64,000 bases of DNA. Source: Pavona decussata. Taxonomy: Eukaryota. Below, one piece after another: positions 10,961 through 25,919 of this stretch; positions within the stretch are counted from its first letter, which is position 1; each line of letters opens with the position of its first letter. A program made the translations under genes and the position numbers. The stretch spans positions 248,001 to 312,000 of the forward strand of contig CDRNST010000088.1 of assembly GCA_977016875.1 (NCBI GenBank). The letters are read 5' to 3'. The notes under the pieces were generated by a model, which made no database searches, had not been told where the DNA came from, and saw nothing but the letters and a program-made list of their open reading frames with translations.

Positions 10961-13900
10961 ATATGCACTGCTTCAGCTTGGGGTCAACCAGCGCTTGAGC
11001 GACACCGGTTCAAAAACTGATTAACCAAGTGAAACCCAAGCGTTTGAGTGGTTCACAACGCGTCAATCTGTCAACAATAGCCAAACTGATGAACCTTTTA
11101 TTTGCAAATTCGCAATGGTCACGCCGTCATATATGACAAAAGTCAGCTTTAGCATAAACAATTGAGGTGCATTAGATTTGAATATCGAGAACAAAACATG
11201 ATGTTGGTCCGGTCGATGCATCAAAATCCCACCACAGACAAACGTGATTTGCAAACGTGATTTCCTTCCTGTCGAGCCTCCCACGGGCTAATTTAAACCT
11301 CGGGGTTCAAATTTAAAAAATGGTAGCCTTTTTTTTTTTCCTTTAATTGAAATTCGGCCTCTTTTTGTTCATTTTATTTAATTTCGATTTTAATGGATAG
11401 CTTTGAGATCGCGTCTTCTCGTTTTCTTGAAAAGAAACAAATCCTACCTTTTTACTGTAAGTCGGTCTGAGACTGAGGCATTAGCGCAGAATATTCGGAG
11501 GCTCTGCTCTTTGGACCGTCATGTCTTATTATTAATACAATTCGTCTGACAATATGACACAAGTTTAAAAAGCATTGTCTTTCAGAGCACAAGACACTAG
11601 AAGCAAAACGTCATTGACTCTACATCTTTACACATTAGATAATAGATTTGTCAGTAAATTCAACAGTGACTCACGGAACGCTTTTTTTTTAACGCTGAAG
11701 AAAAAATTCTTGTACGTGTTGATAATTCTTTTGTTTGTGGTACCTGGATTTTTTCAGTCTCCAAGGCCCAAGACTAATTAGCCTTAAAATCGGATTTTAT
11801 TGTTTTTTCCACCAGGATTGAAGAATTAGTAGGTCCGTTGCACAACAACGCGTCAAGTAATAACAAAATGGTACGAATAAATTTTCTAAACTTTTGAAGC
11901 CGTTGGTTTTAGCGATTTTCAAGTTCCGTGCCTGGCTGGTGTAATGCTGTCACTGATATTGACTTAGCACTATGGTGTTTTAACAAATTTGCGCGCATAT
12001 TGCCAGGCTTAATGTAAGATCAGGGGGTTTAGACTTTCAATAAAGTTTTGTGCTGCATGGAATACAATTACTGGGAACAAATAGTCTTTAATCGGCACAT
12101 TGTGCTAATGAAGGCCCGCCAGTGATGCGTCAGTTTTCTGAATCGAAAAAAAGTTACTAAATGGTACGAGATGTTTAGCCGGTATTTTAACTGTTGCGCA
12201 AAAAGTTGTCTTAGGTTACTGGCCTCGGGGCAGAAAACTTATTTAAGTTACACTTGTCCAACAAAATGTGCATTTCGCGCATAAACTTTGCTTCTGAATT
12301 TTAATGACCAAAAAAATTAACAGACTAATTACTTCTGTGTATTTGACAGCCAATGCTCAGTTTAGTAAATGCCATCATATTCTGCTTTCGAATAATGCAT
12401 AACAATAAATTTTATCTCAATGTTTAGCTAAATTTGCTTGATTCATGTTCGTTTTTCAGTCCATTTTTGTGCCTCCGGTCTGTAGTACAGTAACCAAACT
12501 TTTGTTGAATGTTTAGCTTAATTTCCATGTTTAATAGCTCAAAGACAAATGCTTCTGTGACCTCCTACTAGCTTTAAGCACCTCCACAAGTATTACAAAA
12601 GGCATTCTGTTCAATTCTGTTGGGAATATAGCATTGATTTTTGAGGGATCAAATGCTTATCAAGTCCAATTTAAAAGTGGAATCTTGTTTACCAAGTTTT
12701 ATCTGTGCAAGTTCAACTGAAACTGTGATACGCATCGGCAAATTCCTTCTAGAACGTTCACTAAGACTACTATGGTGCCCCAATCCGCACTGTTATTTAA
12801 TTAAACACCGCTTGACAAGTTTGGAAGACGTGTTCTTGACTTGCTTCTTTCTAGATGTAGATCGTTGAATTCGATCTCAGAAAAGTAGTCTGACTCCTGA
12901 TAAGCGTTGAACAATGTTTTCGTTTAATTTTTTTCGTGCAAGAAACAGCACCTGCAAACTATTGCCAATGTTTTGGTACTCCTCAAAGACAATGACTCGC
13001 CATCAATCACTTAATTCTAATCATTTTGAAAAGGGGTTGAGAATATTTTGACAGCCACACACATCAAAAAATCAATAATTCACTAGTTGTTTGTTTACTG
13101 GGTTGTCTACTTGTCTGGAGATATATGTCGTTAGCGTTCGATCAGTTTTCTGTTTTTTACCGAAATAGGGTCAGAAAAGATTTCCCCACTGATTGATCCA
13201 AGTGGATGCACACAGTAGTTCAGAAATTGGCCTGTTTCACAATGAAGCACAATTCACATGGCCGGGGCACCTCTTATCCACTCATAGATCCCTTGTGGGT
13301 TAGACTAATTCCATACACTCTTTAGAAAAGTTTTTTCGTAAGTGGAAATTAAGATAAGTATTCATATAAGCGTGTGTAAGGCTCATTATCTCATCCGAAA
13401 AGAGCATGGTAGGCGGTCTCGTTCGTGAACTGGTCCAATTAAGGTTCAAAGTACGATTTACCCTCTTCCACTGCGAGGTTGTTCAGCTTAGTTCTTTGCT
13501 GAACTGGAGTTACATGATAATAATTAAATTTCTGCATGATGAATTGTTCCCTAGGCATGTAAACCAACTTTGCCATTCTGATAATGTGTTCGCGTAGCAC
13601 AGAAACTGCAAGCGACCAAGACGTGCATGATAAGGAGAAACTGAAAAATTGATGGTAATTGTACCAACCTTGGTTTAAAGTACACTGCATAACAGCACGC
13701 CAACGATGCTGCGAGTTTCACGCCGCTCGTTTCGAAGGTCATCGATAAAATTCACACAGATCAGCGCCGGGATCAAGGAAGTTTATATTTATGTCGCGTT
13801 TCACGCACGATCTGAGTGCCTTAAGTTTGTTTTCTATGCAATGCCTCTTGGGTAGTAACTGTAAGATGATCAAAAATGTCACATATGGAAAACATTTTCA

Positions 13901-14154
13901 AGCAAAACAAATTGCCTGAGGGGGTAAACATAAAAATCGACCGTGACTGGTTCTAGAGAAATGGGTAAAGCAAGCCCCAGGGTCGATAGATAAAGGCCTC
14001 TTATCTGGAGTAACTTAATTGTCCTTTCCAAGACGTTACGAGGAATGTTCTCTGTTGCTACTTAAATAGTTGATATATAGCAGAATTCTTCAGTTGGTCT
14101 CATTTGTGGCCAGTTTAACAGCTTAATTAACAATTTAATGAAGTTTTATCTCAC

Positions 14155-14284
14155 TGTCTTTCCCAGATAGCTCTAGCCTGCCTCTTTCGCACTTCCGTTT
14201 CTCGCTCTTTTCCTCGTCCACCCTCTTTTCCAAGCTTTCGTGCCTTTTTTCTGAAGAACCCTCTGAGGAGAGCAGGAGGAGCAT
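14155..14284 (-). CDS. Candidate alternative N-terminal exon A of Kv1 (MLLLLSSEGSSEKRHESLEKRVDEEKSEKRKCERGRLELSGKD)
   Basis: ATG 14284, 130 nt (43 codons+1), donor ACA|GTGAGA; phase 1, in frame with the channel acceptor; acceptor ctctttgtag| at 14335. Confidence 0.4.
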
Positions 14285-14415
14285 CTCGTTGGACTTGCGC
14301 AGTGCAAACAGTTTGCAGATGATCAATTTTCATCCTACAAAGAGGCCATATGTTTACAATGACGATACACACCTCCATAGTAATTCGGAACGCGGAATTT
14401 TTCTCTACTGTCGAC

Positions 14416-14580
14416 TTACAGTAGTGGAATCTCGATTTTTCGAAACTCCCCATTCTTCGAACCAAAAGTTGTTTCTCTTGGATTTGCTTGAGTCAGATTT
14501 TTTCCTCAGATTTTTGGAACTCCTGATTTTTCAAGCCAAATTGAGTGTCCCTAGGAGGTTCGAAAAATCGGTTTTCAGTC
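14416..14580. mobile_element. Degenerate Tc1/mariner-type MITE fragment
   Basis: Begins tacagtagtggaatctcgatttttcgaa; internal ttcgaa repeats and inverted ttcgaaaaatcg. Confidence 0.4.
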
Positions 14581-15213
14581 GTAAGGCAGCGTAGATTAAT
14601 CCTTTTACTGAAAACTTAGTTCAAGCTCGAACGGAAATTGAAATTGAAATTGAGATATTTGTTTCCTGAGTTTTGAACGGCTTGGAGACGTACCTCTGGA
14701 AGTAAAAGGTCTGGAAGGTGCATATTAATTCATCTCTCCTCTGATGCGGCGGTGGATGAAGTCTCGACTCGGGCAAAAAGTTATGGAATTGCCGTACCGC
14801 CTATGAGAAATTTTCCAATCAAACACTTCTTTTGAGAAAACGAACACTGAAAGACTCCGCGCCAGACTTGTGCCGATTACCTGCAGAGGCAGGTGTGTAC
14901 AACTCGCGGGTTCTCTAATGGTATTTTACCAGCCGTTTGACAACCGCCTCGAAAGCAATGATAAATGTCTCAACAATTCTGATTTTTGTTTCATCCAGTC
15001 AAGAGCAACGTAAGAAGAAATAATTACTTCGTAGTCTTCGTATCCTCGAGTTCTGGCGCGTGATAAGACCTCCGATTCTCCTCCTTCCGCCGGACAAACA
15101 ATGGAATTAATGCCTGTAATATGCTGTTTTTCTTGGTTATCACGGTAGACTGCACTGTTCGTGCCAAATTAAGACTGAATACCCTGTTCTAAGTTGAACC
15201 TGACCTGTGCAGG

Positions 15214-15680
15214 TTGAAACTACGTTCACGTTCTTTTTCGCGATTTGGCGTAAGACTGTGGAATGAGATACCGCGTCGTATAAGAGATTTACCTAAAAGA
15301 AAGAATTCAAAGGAGAAATTCGTACGTCGGCTTCTCCTCAATATTTTGGTAAATGAAAATGACTATATTGAAACGCCTATTATAGTACAGAAAATAGGTC
15401 TCGCTAATTAGTTGCAACTTGTTAATTTTTGCGCAATGAAAAGAAATGTGATGTAATATATTTTTTTTGTTAAAATTCGTTAAGTTTTGTTTTTAGTTAA
15501 TTTTTCGACTTTTTTTTCTTTTCTTTTTTTTGTGTGTGTGTTACTCGTGATTTCTCTACCTTCCCTAAATTCTATTTGTTCTGTCTTTGATTGTAATAAC
15601 TGTAATAATATTAATTTTATCCTAAAACAGTTGTAAGTCTGGCCCGCCTAGTTTAGCTCTCGCTACCTGCGGGCCAGTCT
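15214..15680 (+). mobile_element. 3' end of a CR1/L2/Crack-group LINE (truncated ORF2 plus 3' UTR)
   Basis: SFSRFGVRLWNEIPRRIRDL resembles the ORF2 C-terminal LWNxLP motif; followed by a T-rich UTR and terminal hairpin gcccgc...gcgggc. Confidence 0.7.
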
Positions 15681-18600
15681 CTCTTTTTTGCTAAATTTTT
15701 GAATTTTGGAATAACTTGTGAAACTCACGCCGATTTTGTCAGGTAAAATCACACTGAGACCAAATACGGATGTTTTCTCATGTATTCTTAGATCGTGTTA
15801 TGGTCTTTTTAAAGGCAACCTTGTGTTAGCTGGCATAGCTCGATTTGTTCGGATTCTTTAGTTGAAAATTTAAATCGCAGAAAATTTTAACGAACGGAAT
15901 TTATTACTCGAATTTATGGCCTGCTTCTGGCTTTAATGACATATTTACCTCCCCCCTCTCCCCCCAAAAAAGAGTAAAGGTGACATTTCGCTAAAGAAAA
16001 CGCTAGATTTTCGTCATCCTTATTTCTGAAGCGGGTAGTAAAATAAAATAATTATTTTATTATTAGATTTTCGTCACAATTTAAACCTAATTTGTGAACT
16101 GGGTAATGCCATCCGGCAGTAGCCCTGCACCTTTCAAAAGCTCTATTTTCACTGAACCCTCACAACCTGCAGCTGCATTGATTTTAGAGTTGGGAGCATC
16201 GTTCTGTTGTTCATTCTTTTGTCCTCTCGACCAACTATGAAGAAGTTTCAAACGGTGTACTTGCCCCCTTTCCGGGCAGATATGTTGCCGAAACGAACGT
16301 TCGTTGGGCCCGGGAGCAGGCGGTTCCAAAGGAAAAAGGATAAAAACTTTGAAGTCGTCGTCTTCGCATGTCGGCAAACAGATGAACTTGCAAACTCATG
16401 CTTACTTTTAACAACATCCCTGTGCGTGACAATCACCCGACACTGTTCAACTTGAATGCAGAAACGATCGACAAGGATCAAAAGGCAAATTCTCCCAATT
16501 AGTATCAAGAAAAATAACAACAATATTGGCGCTTAAAGGGTTAGCCGCCACAGGCTCCGTGAGAGAACACACCGGGTCAGCTTGCCACTACAAAATCTGG
16601 GATAATTACATCTTAGTTACGATGTAAAAACGTGTTTCATGCAGATAAAAGGCCGACCAGCAAACAGTGTACCTTTGATAAAACCTTTGATTTTGTCAAA
16701 GAGCACGGCAGTGTTTTATCTTGTGATTAATAATGTTTATTGATTTTTCACACGGTTGATATGATGTGATTTGTGACCTTTTTTTTTCCCGAGTGTGATC
16801 GGTTGCTAGTATTCTAACCAACACCAGATCATTATCTAGGAATCAATGTGTAATTTTTTTTCAGTGTGACGTAAAAATAGAACGCTATTGATGTGGTGTT
16901 GATTTTAAGACAGTCTGATTGGAAAAACGTTTGACAAAGCACCAAATACGAATTTCAGGGGCACCCAAACATTTAATGGAGAATGAGTCTTTCAACGGTT
17001 TGGTGCCATTGAACTTCAAAGGCGTGCCAAATCAGTGCATGATGGATTTCACGCTCGTCAACCAAATACGATTTCAAAGGAACATGACACTGATGTAGTG
17101 GACTGCATGGTTTTAATGCCATCAAATGTAGAAACAAAGGTCCTTGATACATGTACCAACCATACATTAGAGTGCCTTTGTTCTTTGTCAATTATGGTAC
17201 ACCTAGTAATTAGCCAGGCGCCTGCCAGGCTGGCTATCAATGGTGAATAGATCCAGTGTGGTAGCGAACATGGAAATTTTATTTATCTGAGTCTTTTACA
17301 TGTGAAGTCGAAATCTTCAGACAGTTACCGGATACACAGATTGTTTTAAGAAGAAGAGACATTAAGCTCACAGCGCCTGGAATTCCCATTAATACACGCA
17401 AAGACGGACATGGTCGAATTAATTGCGCTTTCACATTGGAGGGGTGGTCGTTGTATAAGCAAAGGGTCACGGCATACAGACATCGCCCAACTTCCACGCG
17501 AAAAAATAAAAAAACCCTTGTCAACTGAAACGATAGATTATTTGTTCTCTGCTAGCTGATCGCATAAGCCAACAGCACTGATACAAGTTTGATCCCGTTT
17601 AAACAAAACCCACGTGGCTTTTCGCGGGATTTCGCACATATTTTTGTGTCGTATGATCGGGTCGTTGGCCGTAGAAAATAAGATGGGAGTTCGAACTTTA
17701 AACTGCCTATGTTTCGAAAGTTACCAACCAGGGTAAGAGTTTAGAGTCGCTTTCTGTAAACATATTTCGGAATGCGTTTTTTTTTTTTTGATTCGTTGCT
17801 TCTCACCTAGATATATAAGGCCCTAGTTTAAAGCCTCTTGGATACAGTAGACTTGCAGTATCAGAAAATTGGAAATAATGTTAGATAAAATTGGTTCATT
17901 ACCATACACGAAATTTCAAAATAGATCAAAGAAAGTGTTCGGCAAAATGTCTTCAAAAAACTAGGGGGAAAATATGACGTTAAAAATACGAAAAAGGTGA
18001 GCTAGCATTTTCGTTAAGGTAGCAACAGCTAAGTAAAATTCGAGGTAACTTTGAGCAAGTTAAATGTTTAGCTAAAACATCCCAACAATCAAACGGTAAT
18101 AGCCTACACAAAATATTTGTTTTAAAGGACACTGACTGGATAAACTATCTGGGAGAAATTATTTTGCTAGATGTGCTTGATAGGCTGATCTGTGGTGCCC
18201 GTACGCTGAAGGTCAGTAGAGCTTGTGTAAACTTTCATTGGTATCTTTGCAACCAGAGAACTGTCTAAGGAGAGGTTCGACTGTAATAATGTTTTTTTTT
18301 TCTGTGACAATGTTATGGGCCAATGATCTCATGGCCTCGTGGCTATATTACTTCTTTTAGAATAGGATTTCTGGATGACTAAATATGAATTTAAACAATG
18401 AGCTCTGAAGATATTGTTTACCTCGTACAAATGCGGAATCGACATCGCGTTTAATCACATGCTAAAATTAGTCACATAGGTTCATTCATTATCAGCGTCT
18501 CTTTATGCAACTTAAGTTATGTGCAGTGTTTAATTTTACTTTCGCCAGTGCGAAGAAATAGTGAAGAAAATATCATACAAGCAGTTCGTTTATCAAGGCT

Positions 18601-20738
18601 ATAAAATGTCAAAATAATCCGACTATGTACCTCGGCGATTTCGACTACATCCTCGATGTCGATCGTTTATGATTGCAGTGTTTTCGTTAACGTTCGTTTG
18701 ATACGAAACATTTGTTCGACAATCACGACTTTTGACATCACGTCTGTTTCGGTAAAAATCGGTGTTATTCTTATCATTGTGGAATGAACTGAGCTAAGGC
18801 CGGTGAAAGTAAGTTACAACTTCTCTCCGTTGTTATAAGAACTTAGCTATAATATCTTGTACGTAGTACACTAAGATTTAAGGCTGGAGGAAGCTTATCG
18901 AATCAGCGCTGTTGTTGCTTTAAATGAACAGATTTTCTAATGTCTCTAATCGATGTAGATTTAATTCAGAACTGGTGTGTTAATGAGTTAGCGCACGCAT
19001 TAACCTGCTTTTCCAAGACATAAAAAGCACTGAGTCGCACATTGATTACGATAGAACGTGGTAGAGTTTGTACATGAAACTGAAAAAGTACAGTTCAGTG
19101 ATTATGCTGCATGAAGTTACTTCTAGCTTTTAAGCCTGGAGTATGCCGCGGGTCTTCAAATGGAAGCTATTGAGCAGCCAATTTCCCTGTGGAACCGATT
19201 ATTTCTCTAATTTCCGAGGTAAACTGTGGAAAGATTTAACATTTTTTCCCTTTAAAGTTGCCCGCAACGCATCCGAATTAAACCAGTAACCTTGCTAACT
19301 CGTGAATAGGAAAATATACGCACCAGGGTTAAGAAGAACACGCGAAGCACGTCTGCGCGGCTGTTGGTCCCCAGAGAAACTTTGAGTGCTCGGACTTGGG
19401 ACAAGGCGAACCGAACCGGCAATCTCTGTGTACATAGGCGCGAATTGGGGGGCGACTTTTCACGGCGGAAAAGCATAAGAGCGTCGCCTGAACACCTAAT
19501 TGCATTGCAATTTCATTTACCTTTCAAAGCGGGAGCTTTTTCTTATTCGCCTTCCAATCGCCATGTCTCTGTGGAATTCAATAGAGATCCTGGTGGATTT
19601 ATTTGTTTTGGAACAATTAAATTGTTCTTTTTGTGCTTCCATAGCTGGTCATTGTGCGGAGCAGTAGGCTATTAGCTCGCATCGTTGTGGTGGCCGTGTC
19701 AGTTCTTTTGTGTCATGGTGTCAACCATCTTGAAATAAACTATACCTTTGTCAATTTCCAGTATAATGGGTTTGTTAAATCAAGTTGTTAATCAAGATTA
19801 AGTTAAATTTAATTTGTCAAATTCAGCGCAGACTTAAAAAGACAACCGCGTGCAAAGGCTGATCATGGTTTCAGTATTTTGTCTTCTCTTTTTGAGAAAA
19901 TCACTAATTGATACCTTGCTCTTCACACAGACGGCGTTAGATAAGCACGATTCCGTTTGAAAGAAGGTATTTAGTTTAAAATCCTGTGTAGGGCCAAAAC
20001 AAGTAGAAACACCGTTTTAGGGTCACCCTTTAAAAATACTGAAGAGAACTAGCCATTTATTATTCAAGGTAAAACCAAGCTACCAAGGTAATCATTAGCA
20101 ATCTTCATAAACTCTTTATTCACTCGATCCACTTTGCGGTGGGTTCAGGATATTCATTTCTCGTTCACCTTTTAAGTGAAAGCGCGGTTGGATTTTTTAT
20201 GAATCGGGACAAAGAAATAAAACAGACGAAAACAATTTTTAAACTCCGATGTCCATCTTATAAAAAAATCATCCTCATATTAAATTTCACCATTCCCCTC
20301 CCCCTATTCTCCTTGGATTAGAAACTTTAGTTCTCACAGTATTTTTGAATTGTTTAATTAAAACCACGAAGAGACAATGAAAGTACAATGCTGAAAGACC
20401 TTTTTTTTTCAAACAACAACAACAACAACGAACAAAAAATTATAACAACAATATAGTGTTCAATCAAACTTCCCTCTCAAAACTTTGAAATGTGTTTATT
20501 TTTATCCAAGTTATAAATATTGTTACCCAACACTGCAGGTGGCAACAGATCTCTCGTCTGATATCAATGAACGGAGCATTCTTTCAAAAGTAAATTTCAT
20601 TTGAATAACATCACTGAAAAGCTATTGACCACAGTAAGGCTCTCAGGACCGTTAAGATTGTTAAAAAGGCGACTAACGCTAAGCCAGAGCTGTAAACATT
20701 TCTCAAAGTCTTGTTTCTGCTTTTATCACTTCTATTTA

Positions 20739-21287
20739 AGAGTGGTTTTCAATTGAGTGTCGTAAAACCAAACCATTCCGGCCACCAAACGGAAAAAGAT
20801 GAAGACTGGTACATTTACCCATCATCCTTAGCGTACAACCCTAAAAAACCCTAAAACTGTACAGGAAAGTTCTACAAAAACTTCGCCGACACACAAAGCT
20901 GTTTGTACAAGGACGAATTTCGCAAAAATATGGCTTTCTGTGCGCCTATAGGTTCTACTAGATTCGCAAAGTATTGTGGTAAAATGTACAGCCACCATCT
21001 TTTCCCGTACGGTGGATTCATCATTTCATGACTCTGGCCAATCGCGACGGACAGACGCAAACGGCGCGATGAACCAATCAGAACTCGAAACAAATACACG
21101 CGTAACCGGCGCCAAGCGCGGGAAAACTGTGCGAGCGAGGCGCTATTGGTTTTGGTTTCCCCCCTTGTTCCTCTTTGGTTGAAAAAGTGGCGCGAGGTTT
21201 TGTAACCAAACACAGACCGTACGTAGTAATGCAGAACTAAACCAAACCAAAAGTGTAATTTCTTGCGACACTCAATTGAAAACCGCG
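20739..21287. mobile_element. Non-autonomous TIR element (AGAGCGGTTTTCAA family)
   Basis: TIRs gtggttttcaattgagtgtcg / cgacactcaattgaaaaccgc; related copies at about 6888-7179, 8666-8882, 39825-40081 and 53960-54210 share ccaatca and ttttcccgcg motifs. Confidence 0.7.
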
Positions 21288-22319
21288 AGTTACTAATTTA
21301 TAGAAACCCGCGCTAACAAGCTATGAAAATGAATTCATAGTTGAATGTACTATTAAATGCGGCTTTGACTAGTCGAGTCAGATCCGACCAATCAGTCAAA
21401 TGGACCAAAGTAAAGCTGCGAGGCTATCATGGTTCATAAAACACAGTTTATCTGCCAAAATACAACCGATAAGAGTGATTGAAAATAAAAGGAGTGATAA
21501 GAATGGCCTCAATGTTCTTCATTTAGTTAATTAAAGAGAACCGTACACATTTCAAACTCTTCATTATAGGTCTCGGTGCAAGACGTTTCTTTGGCCGCAG
21601 GCCACTCTTATCAAAACCAAGCTAATCACTGAAAGCTAAGAATGTTAGAGATTTCCTATTTTTAATTAAAACTGTATACCGACAGTCAGAAAGAACTCGA
21701 AATTTCAAGCACTTGGGCAATATTTCCATTTGTCGTAGCACTACTTGATCGGATTATATATAAACAAGTGTGAAAAAAATTCCCATCATCTCCTTTGAAC
21801 AGAACATACGTTTTAGCTCAGCAATGAACACAAACAAAAGTCGTGTTGATTACGGGTATTTAGAGACAGATCCCGATAATCGTAGAATCTAGTTTTAATT
21901 GCCCCTCGATTGATTTAAGCTGAGGAGAGTGAAGTACATGCGCTCTTTTTACCGTCATCTGGGAATAGCACACAGAAGACACTTTTCTTAACGAACCGTC
22001 AAGTGGTTCTCCTTTTTAGATTTCTCCACAAAATTTCTTGACGTCATCACGAGCGGAACTCCGTCCGTCACGAGAATGCGCCAGCGCAATTCATGTTTTC
22101 CCGCGCTACTCGTTTCACATGAACAAATGAAAGGTTTGTGCCCTTTTGCCGTTCGCAAGAGATTCTCTCATGAAAACAATATTGAACGAGCATGTTCGCA
22201 ACCTGGAAACGTTCAAGTAGAAACATAGATGAATTGACAGAAGATGAAGGAATTACTTAACTCTTGCGTGGGATGTTTGGGTCATAATTATACAACGCAG
22301 AGTTTGGTTAAATTCTTAC

Positions 22320-22365
22320 CTACTTCCCCTACTATTTTTGCAATTCGTCCATCTGTAGCCGACAT
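22320..22365 (-). CDS. Candidate alternative N-terminal exon B of Kv1 (MSATDGRIAKIVGEV)
   Basis: ATG with A at -3, 46 nt (15 codons+1), consensus donor TAG|GTAAGA; phase 1, in frame. Confidence 0.5.
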
Positions 22366-24946
22366 ACTTCTTCTCGGCTGAAAATATGTGCGAGCAAACA
22401 TCGCGAACTTGTAAGGCTAAGCCAGACGGTGCGGTTCACGGTGAGCCAAAAGGCCTTGCGTGTAAAGTAGAAATTTAAAACAGCTAGCCCGCCGCAAAAC
22501 AACTCGATATGGCAAAAGATCAATTATTCAATAAAAATGTCACTCATCGTAATAATAACTTGCCAGCGGGAGCCGTTTTCTAGCGAAGGAATGCGACGCC
22601 CACAGGATTCCGTGTAGAAAAGATAATTTAAATTTAGCTGGAAAGACAAATCCTTTATTTCAATGTCTAAACGCTTGCCTCACTAAACAACAACTTATGC
22701 TTTTTGTTTTCAATTCTGAAGTAGTTTTCCCTTAAAACATCTGCAAGGGATAATCGGCTTGTAATGAAGATTTTTTGGACACACATGTTCCTGCGGTATC
22801 AATTTGGTACGTGTCATTGAGTAAACAGTGATTTGGTGCTCAGGCTTGCTCAGTTTATATTGTATCTTGATAAGAAAAAGGATAAAAGAAGGAGAATTCT
22901 TCCGAAAAGCATGAGATCTTTGACAATGAAAGCCACGACAAAGTAGAAAAGCGTGGATGGTAAATACCAACAGAAGTCTACCATCAGTTGAGGATAATTT
23001 AATGTGAACGTGGCATGCATTTATTAATACAAAGATAACACGACTTTCTTGGCAACGCAGTAGCGTGCAGGTGAGGCATGACATTTTAATAAAACAATTT
23101 TAAAGTAATATTTGGACAATATAAAGTGGCTTATATTCTCTCAAGATACACTCGGCTATGTACGCGCGACAGGTAACACAACGTATAATGCCATTTTCTA
23201 GTAACTCTAATAAAAAATTAATAAATAAAACAGATCGTCAGTAGCCCTGAATTAATCGGTCTGTTTTGACTAACCTAAAATGCCATGCGTTTCCTGGTGT
23301 TTTTATTAGCTATTAATGGCGCATAATTTTCAGGCAAGACCACAACGAGAATGTCGAAGATAGGAGTCCAGCACATAGTTCGTGGCTGAACCTTCGACTC
23401 AGTTGAGATGATGTATGCTTTGTTAAGGACATAGGGGTTAGTGATGAAACCATGCAGTAGTCTACGTATCTTAGATATGATGGACTTGAACTGGACTGTA
23501 AGGAAAGAAAGTTGTTGGAAAAGATAGAGAGCTATCCAGCGCAGTTACTTACTGCCAAGCCGCAAAAACTGACCTGTATGCTCTTGGGAGGACACGATTA
23601 TATTTTGATAATCATTAGAAGGTCACATTTGTAATATCTAGCTCCCAGCCATCCATCAAAACAACAATAGAATTTGTGACAAGTATTCAAGTTAGTACAT
23701 ATATACGAGTGAGCATCAGTAGCGACTGTAAAGATGCTACAGATTTGTGCGTGGCATCATTTTAATTGTACCTTCTTTGTTTTAATGTTTGTAATCCTGG
23801 TCCTGCACTTCTGCTGTAAGAACATTTCAGCAAAAATTTACATAGATTCACAAGCATAATCTCTGCCAAATTCCGTAAAGACTTTAGTCAAAACTGTTCA
23901 AGAGTGTCGAAAATGTTCTCACGTTTGTTGAAATCTTCGAGTGGGATGATGCGAGCGTTGACAGGGACCGAGACGCTTACATGTAATAATGATCAAATCC
24001 GAAGGCACAAAGTCGTAGCTGGCATGACCTAACACAAGCATAAAGCGTAGTTATTTCATAAAGAATATTACAAATAGGACATTTATAATTACGTCTATTT
24101 TCTGATCTATAGGTGAACAGGGGTTAGTTACGTAACAAAAACAAAATTTTTATTTCATACAAAGGACATTGGGTCAGATAAAGAGATGCATGCAACACGA
24201 ACTGAAGTGAAGCTGTATTCATTCCAGCTCTCATTGATTCTCGCCGCCCAAATGTAATGAGCCACAACAGACATTATTAGGGGACGGAAAAATAAGTTAT
24301 CCATATTTATGTTGCAAAAAGAACCTGAGGATGGCGTTAGCTCTCCTTTAATTAGCAATTCCGAGGTCTTTTTCAGCGACTTAATTTTTCGTCCAGTTGA
24401 CGGACTTTTATTGGCAATACGTTTTGTGCTCTGAAAAATTCCACGAATCGGCTAAACAACTCAAAATAAGCAGGGTTCGGGCATTGACAACGTTTGTCTC
24501 TAACCTGTTTTATTCTCGTTACTGTGCCATGACACTAAATTTTGGAAAAGATACGTCACAAAAAGAAAAGGAATGCTCATTACCACGGAAAATAAAAAGT
24601 CCTCTCTCTGCAACTGGATCGTAACCAGAGCAAACGGCATTCAACGGGCAACACACTGTGCTTGAACTGAATTGAATACAGGAAAAATGGGTTAAGTTAA
24701 TGACCGAGGTTATCCAGCTCAGTGCCTGAGTGAGTCTCATTTTAGTAGTCAAGGACCAAGTAACGCCAGGTCTTCTATTTCTATTGGGTCAAGCGGACTG
24801 GCTGAACTGAGAAGAGTGACGTCTTCTACTTTCGTATGAAGCAGTTAAAAGAGGAAACGTCTCCTCGCAGGCAAATTGAATGTCGCAATGTTTGTGAACT
24901 CGGCGAAGGTAGAATGAGAAAGCCACAGGGACTACACATATTCCTC

Positions 24947-25312
24947 CATATCGAAGTAGCTCTCATTGATATACCGTTCCCTAATAAGAGACTGCATTCA
25001 CGGCGAAAGCACCCTAAGTTATAAGAGTCTTGACTGGCTTAATTGATAACGAGTCTTCACTGACGAAGAGGACCTTCCATATCCAGACGTGTCTTAACTT
25101 TGGATTTCCAAGACGTTTGTGGATCCGTCGAAGATGCGGGAAAGAGAGTACTAGGACTAAACATATCATTCATATCGAAACAGCTCTATATACCGTTCCC
25201 TAACAAGAAACTACATTCACGAAAGCATGCTAGGCCATAAGAGTCTTGAACTTAGCAGATAACTAGGACCTCCCATTTTCAGACGTGTCTCGACTTACTG
25301 GGATTTCCAAAG
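24947..25312. repeat. Diverged tandem duplication (about 225-bp period)
   Basis: catatcgaa..gctct..tataccgttccctaa..aga.act.cattcacg..ataagagtcttga..cagacgtgtct..ggatttccaa occurs at about 24947 and 25171. Confidence 0.75.
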
Positions 25313-25645
25313 GCTTTTAGGAAATGTGTTAACTGGTATTCATGAAGATCTCTTGAAATCTAACGTCCTTACACTAACCGGTCTTAACTCCAGAGTGGTG
25401 GCAGAAAAAATCGGTTGTCGGTGAGATTTAAAGCGTGAAATACTGTATCGAAATTGTTACAATTTTCTCCACTCAGCAAATTAAATTTTTGGGATAATTG
25501 CTTTCAATATTCATAACACTAAAAGCTATTTTAAGAAACCGGCATCAAGTGAAATTTAGTAACAAGCAAGACTTCGATCGTGTCATGATTCACGATCTCC
25601 AAACTTAGAAGATCCTTATACAAGACATATTAACGTTCACCTTAC

Positions 25646-25739
25646 CCAATGATAATTCTGTGTATTTTGGCAACTGCTTGCTGGGGAGTAGCAATTCACA
25701 CGCGAGACAAAAACATTCGTCATGTAATGATGAAATCAT
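25646..25739 (-). CDS. Candidate alternative N-terminal exon C of Kv1 (MISSLHDECFCLACELLLPSKQLPKYTELSL)
   Basis: 94 nt (31 codons+1), donor TGG|GTAAGG; phase 1, in frame. Confidence 0.25.
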
Positions 25740-25919
25740 AATTCATGAGATCGCACCATGTGAAACAAATCCTGATTGGTTCACCTCTGTTATCGATAGC
25801 AACCTACGATCGACCAGTGAACTTAGGGAACTCCTAAGTCACATCTGTTGGCATGAGATATTGCTCGTAAATAGCACTAAGAACATCTCCTGTGATGTAG
25901 CAGATATTTGCCCTAATTA

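Noticed and set aside
14418-14453. MGSFEKSRFHY with a phase-1 GTAAGT donor
   Set aside because: The junction codon would be T+GA = stop, and the segment lies in a MITE.
19521-19642. ATG-initiated minus ORF (MEAQKEQF...RFE) ending in donor AAG|GTAAAT as a further channel N-terminus
   Set aside because: Phase 2; joining to 10675 is out of frame and hits a stop. At most a UTR or uORF exon.
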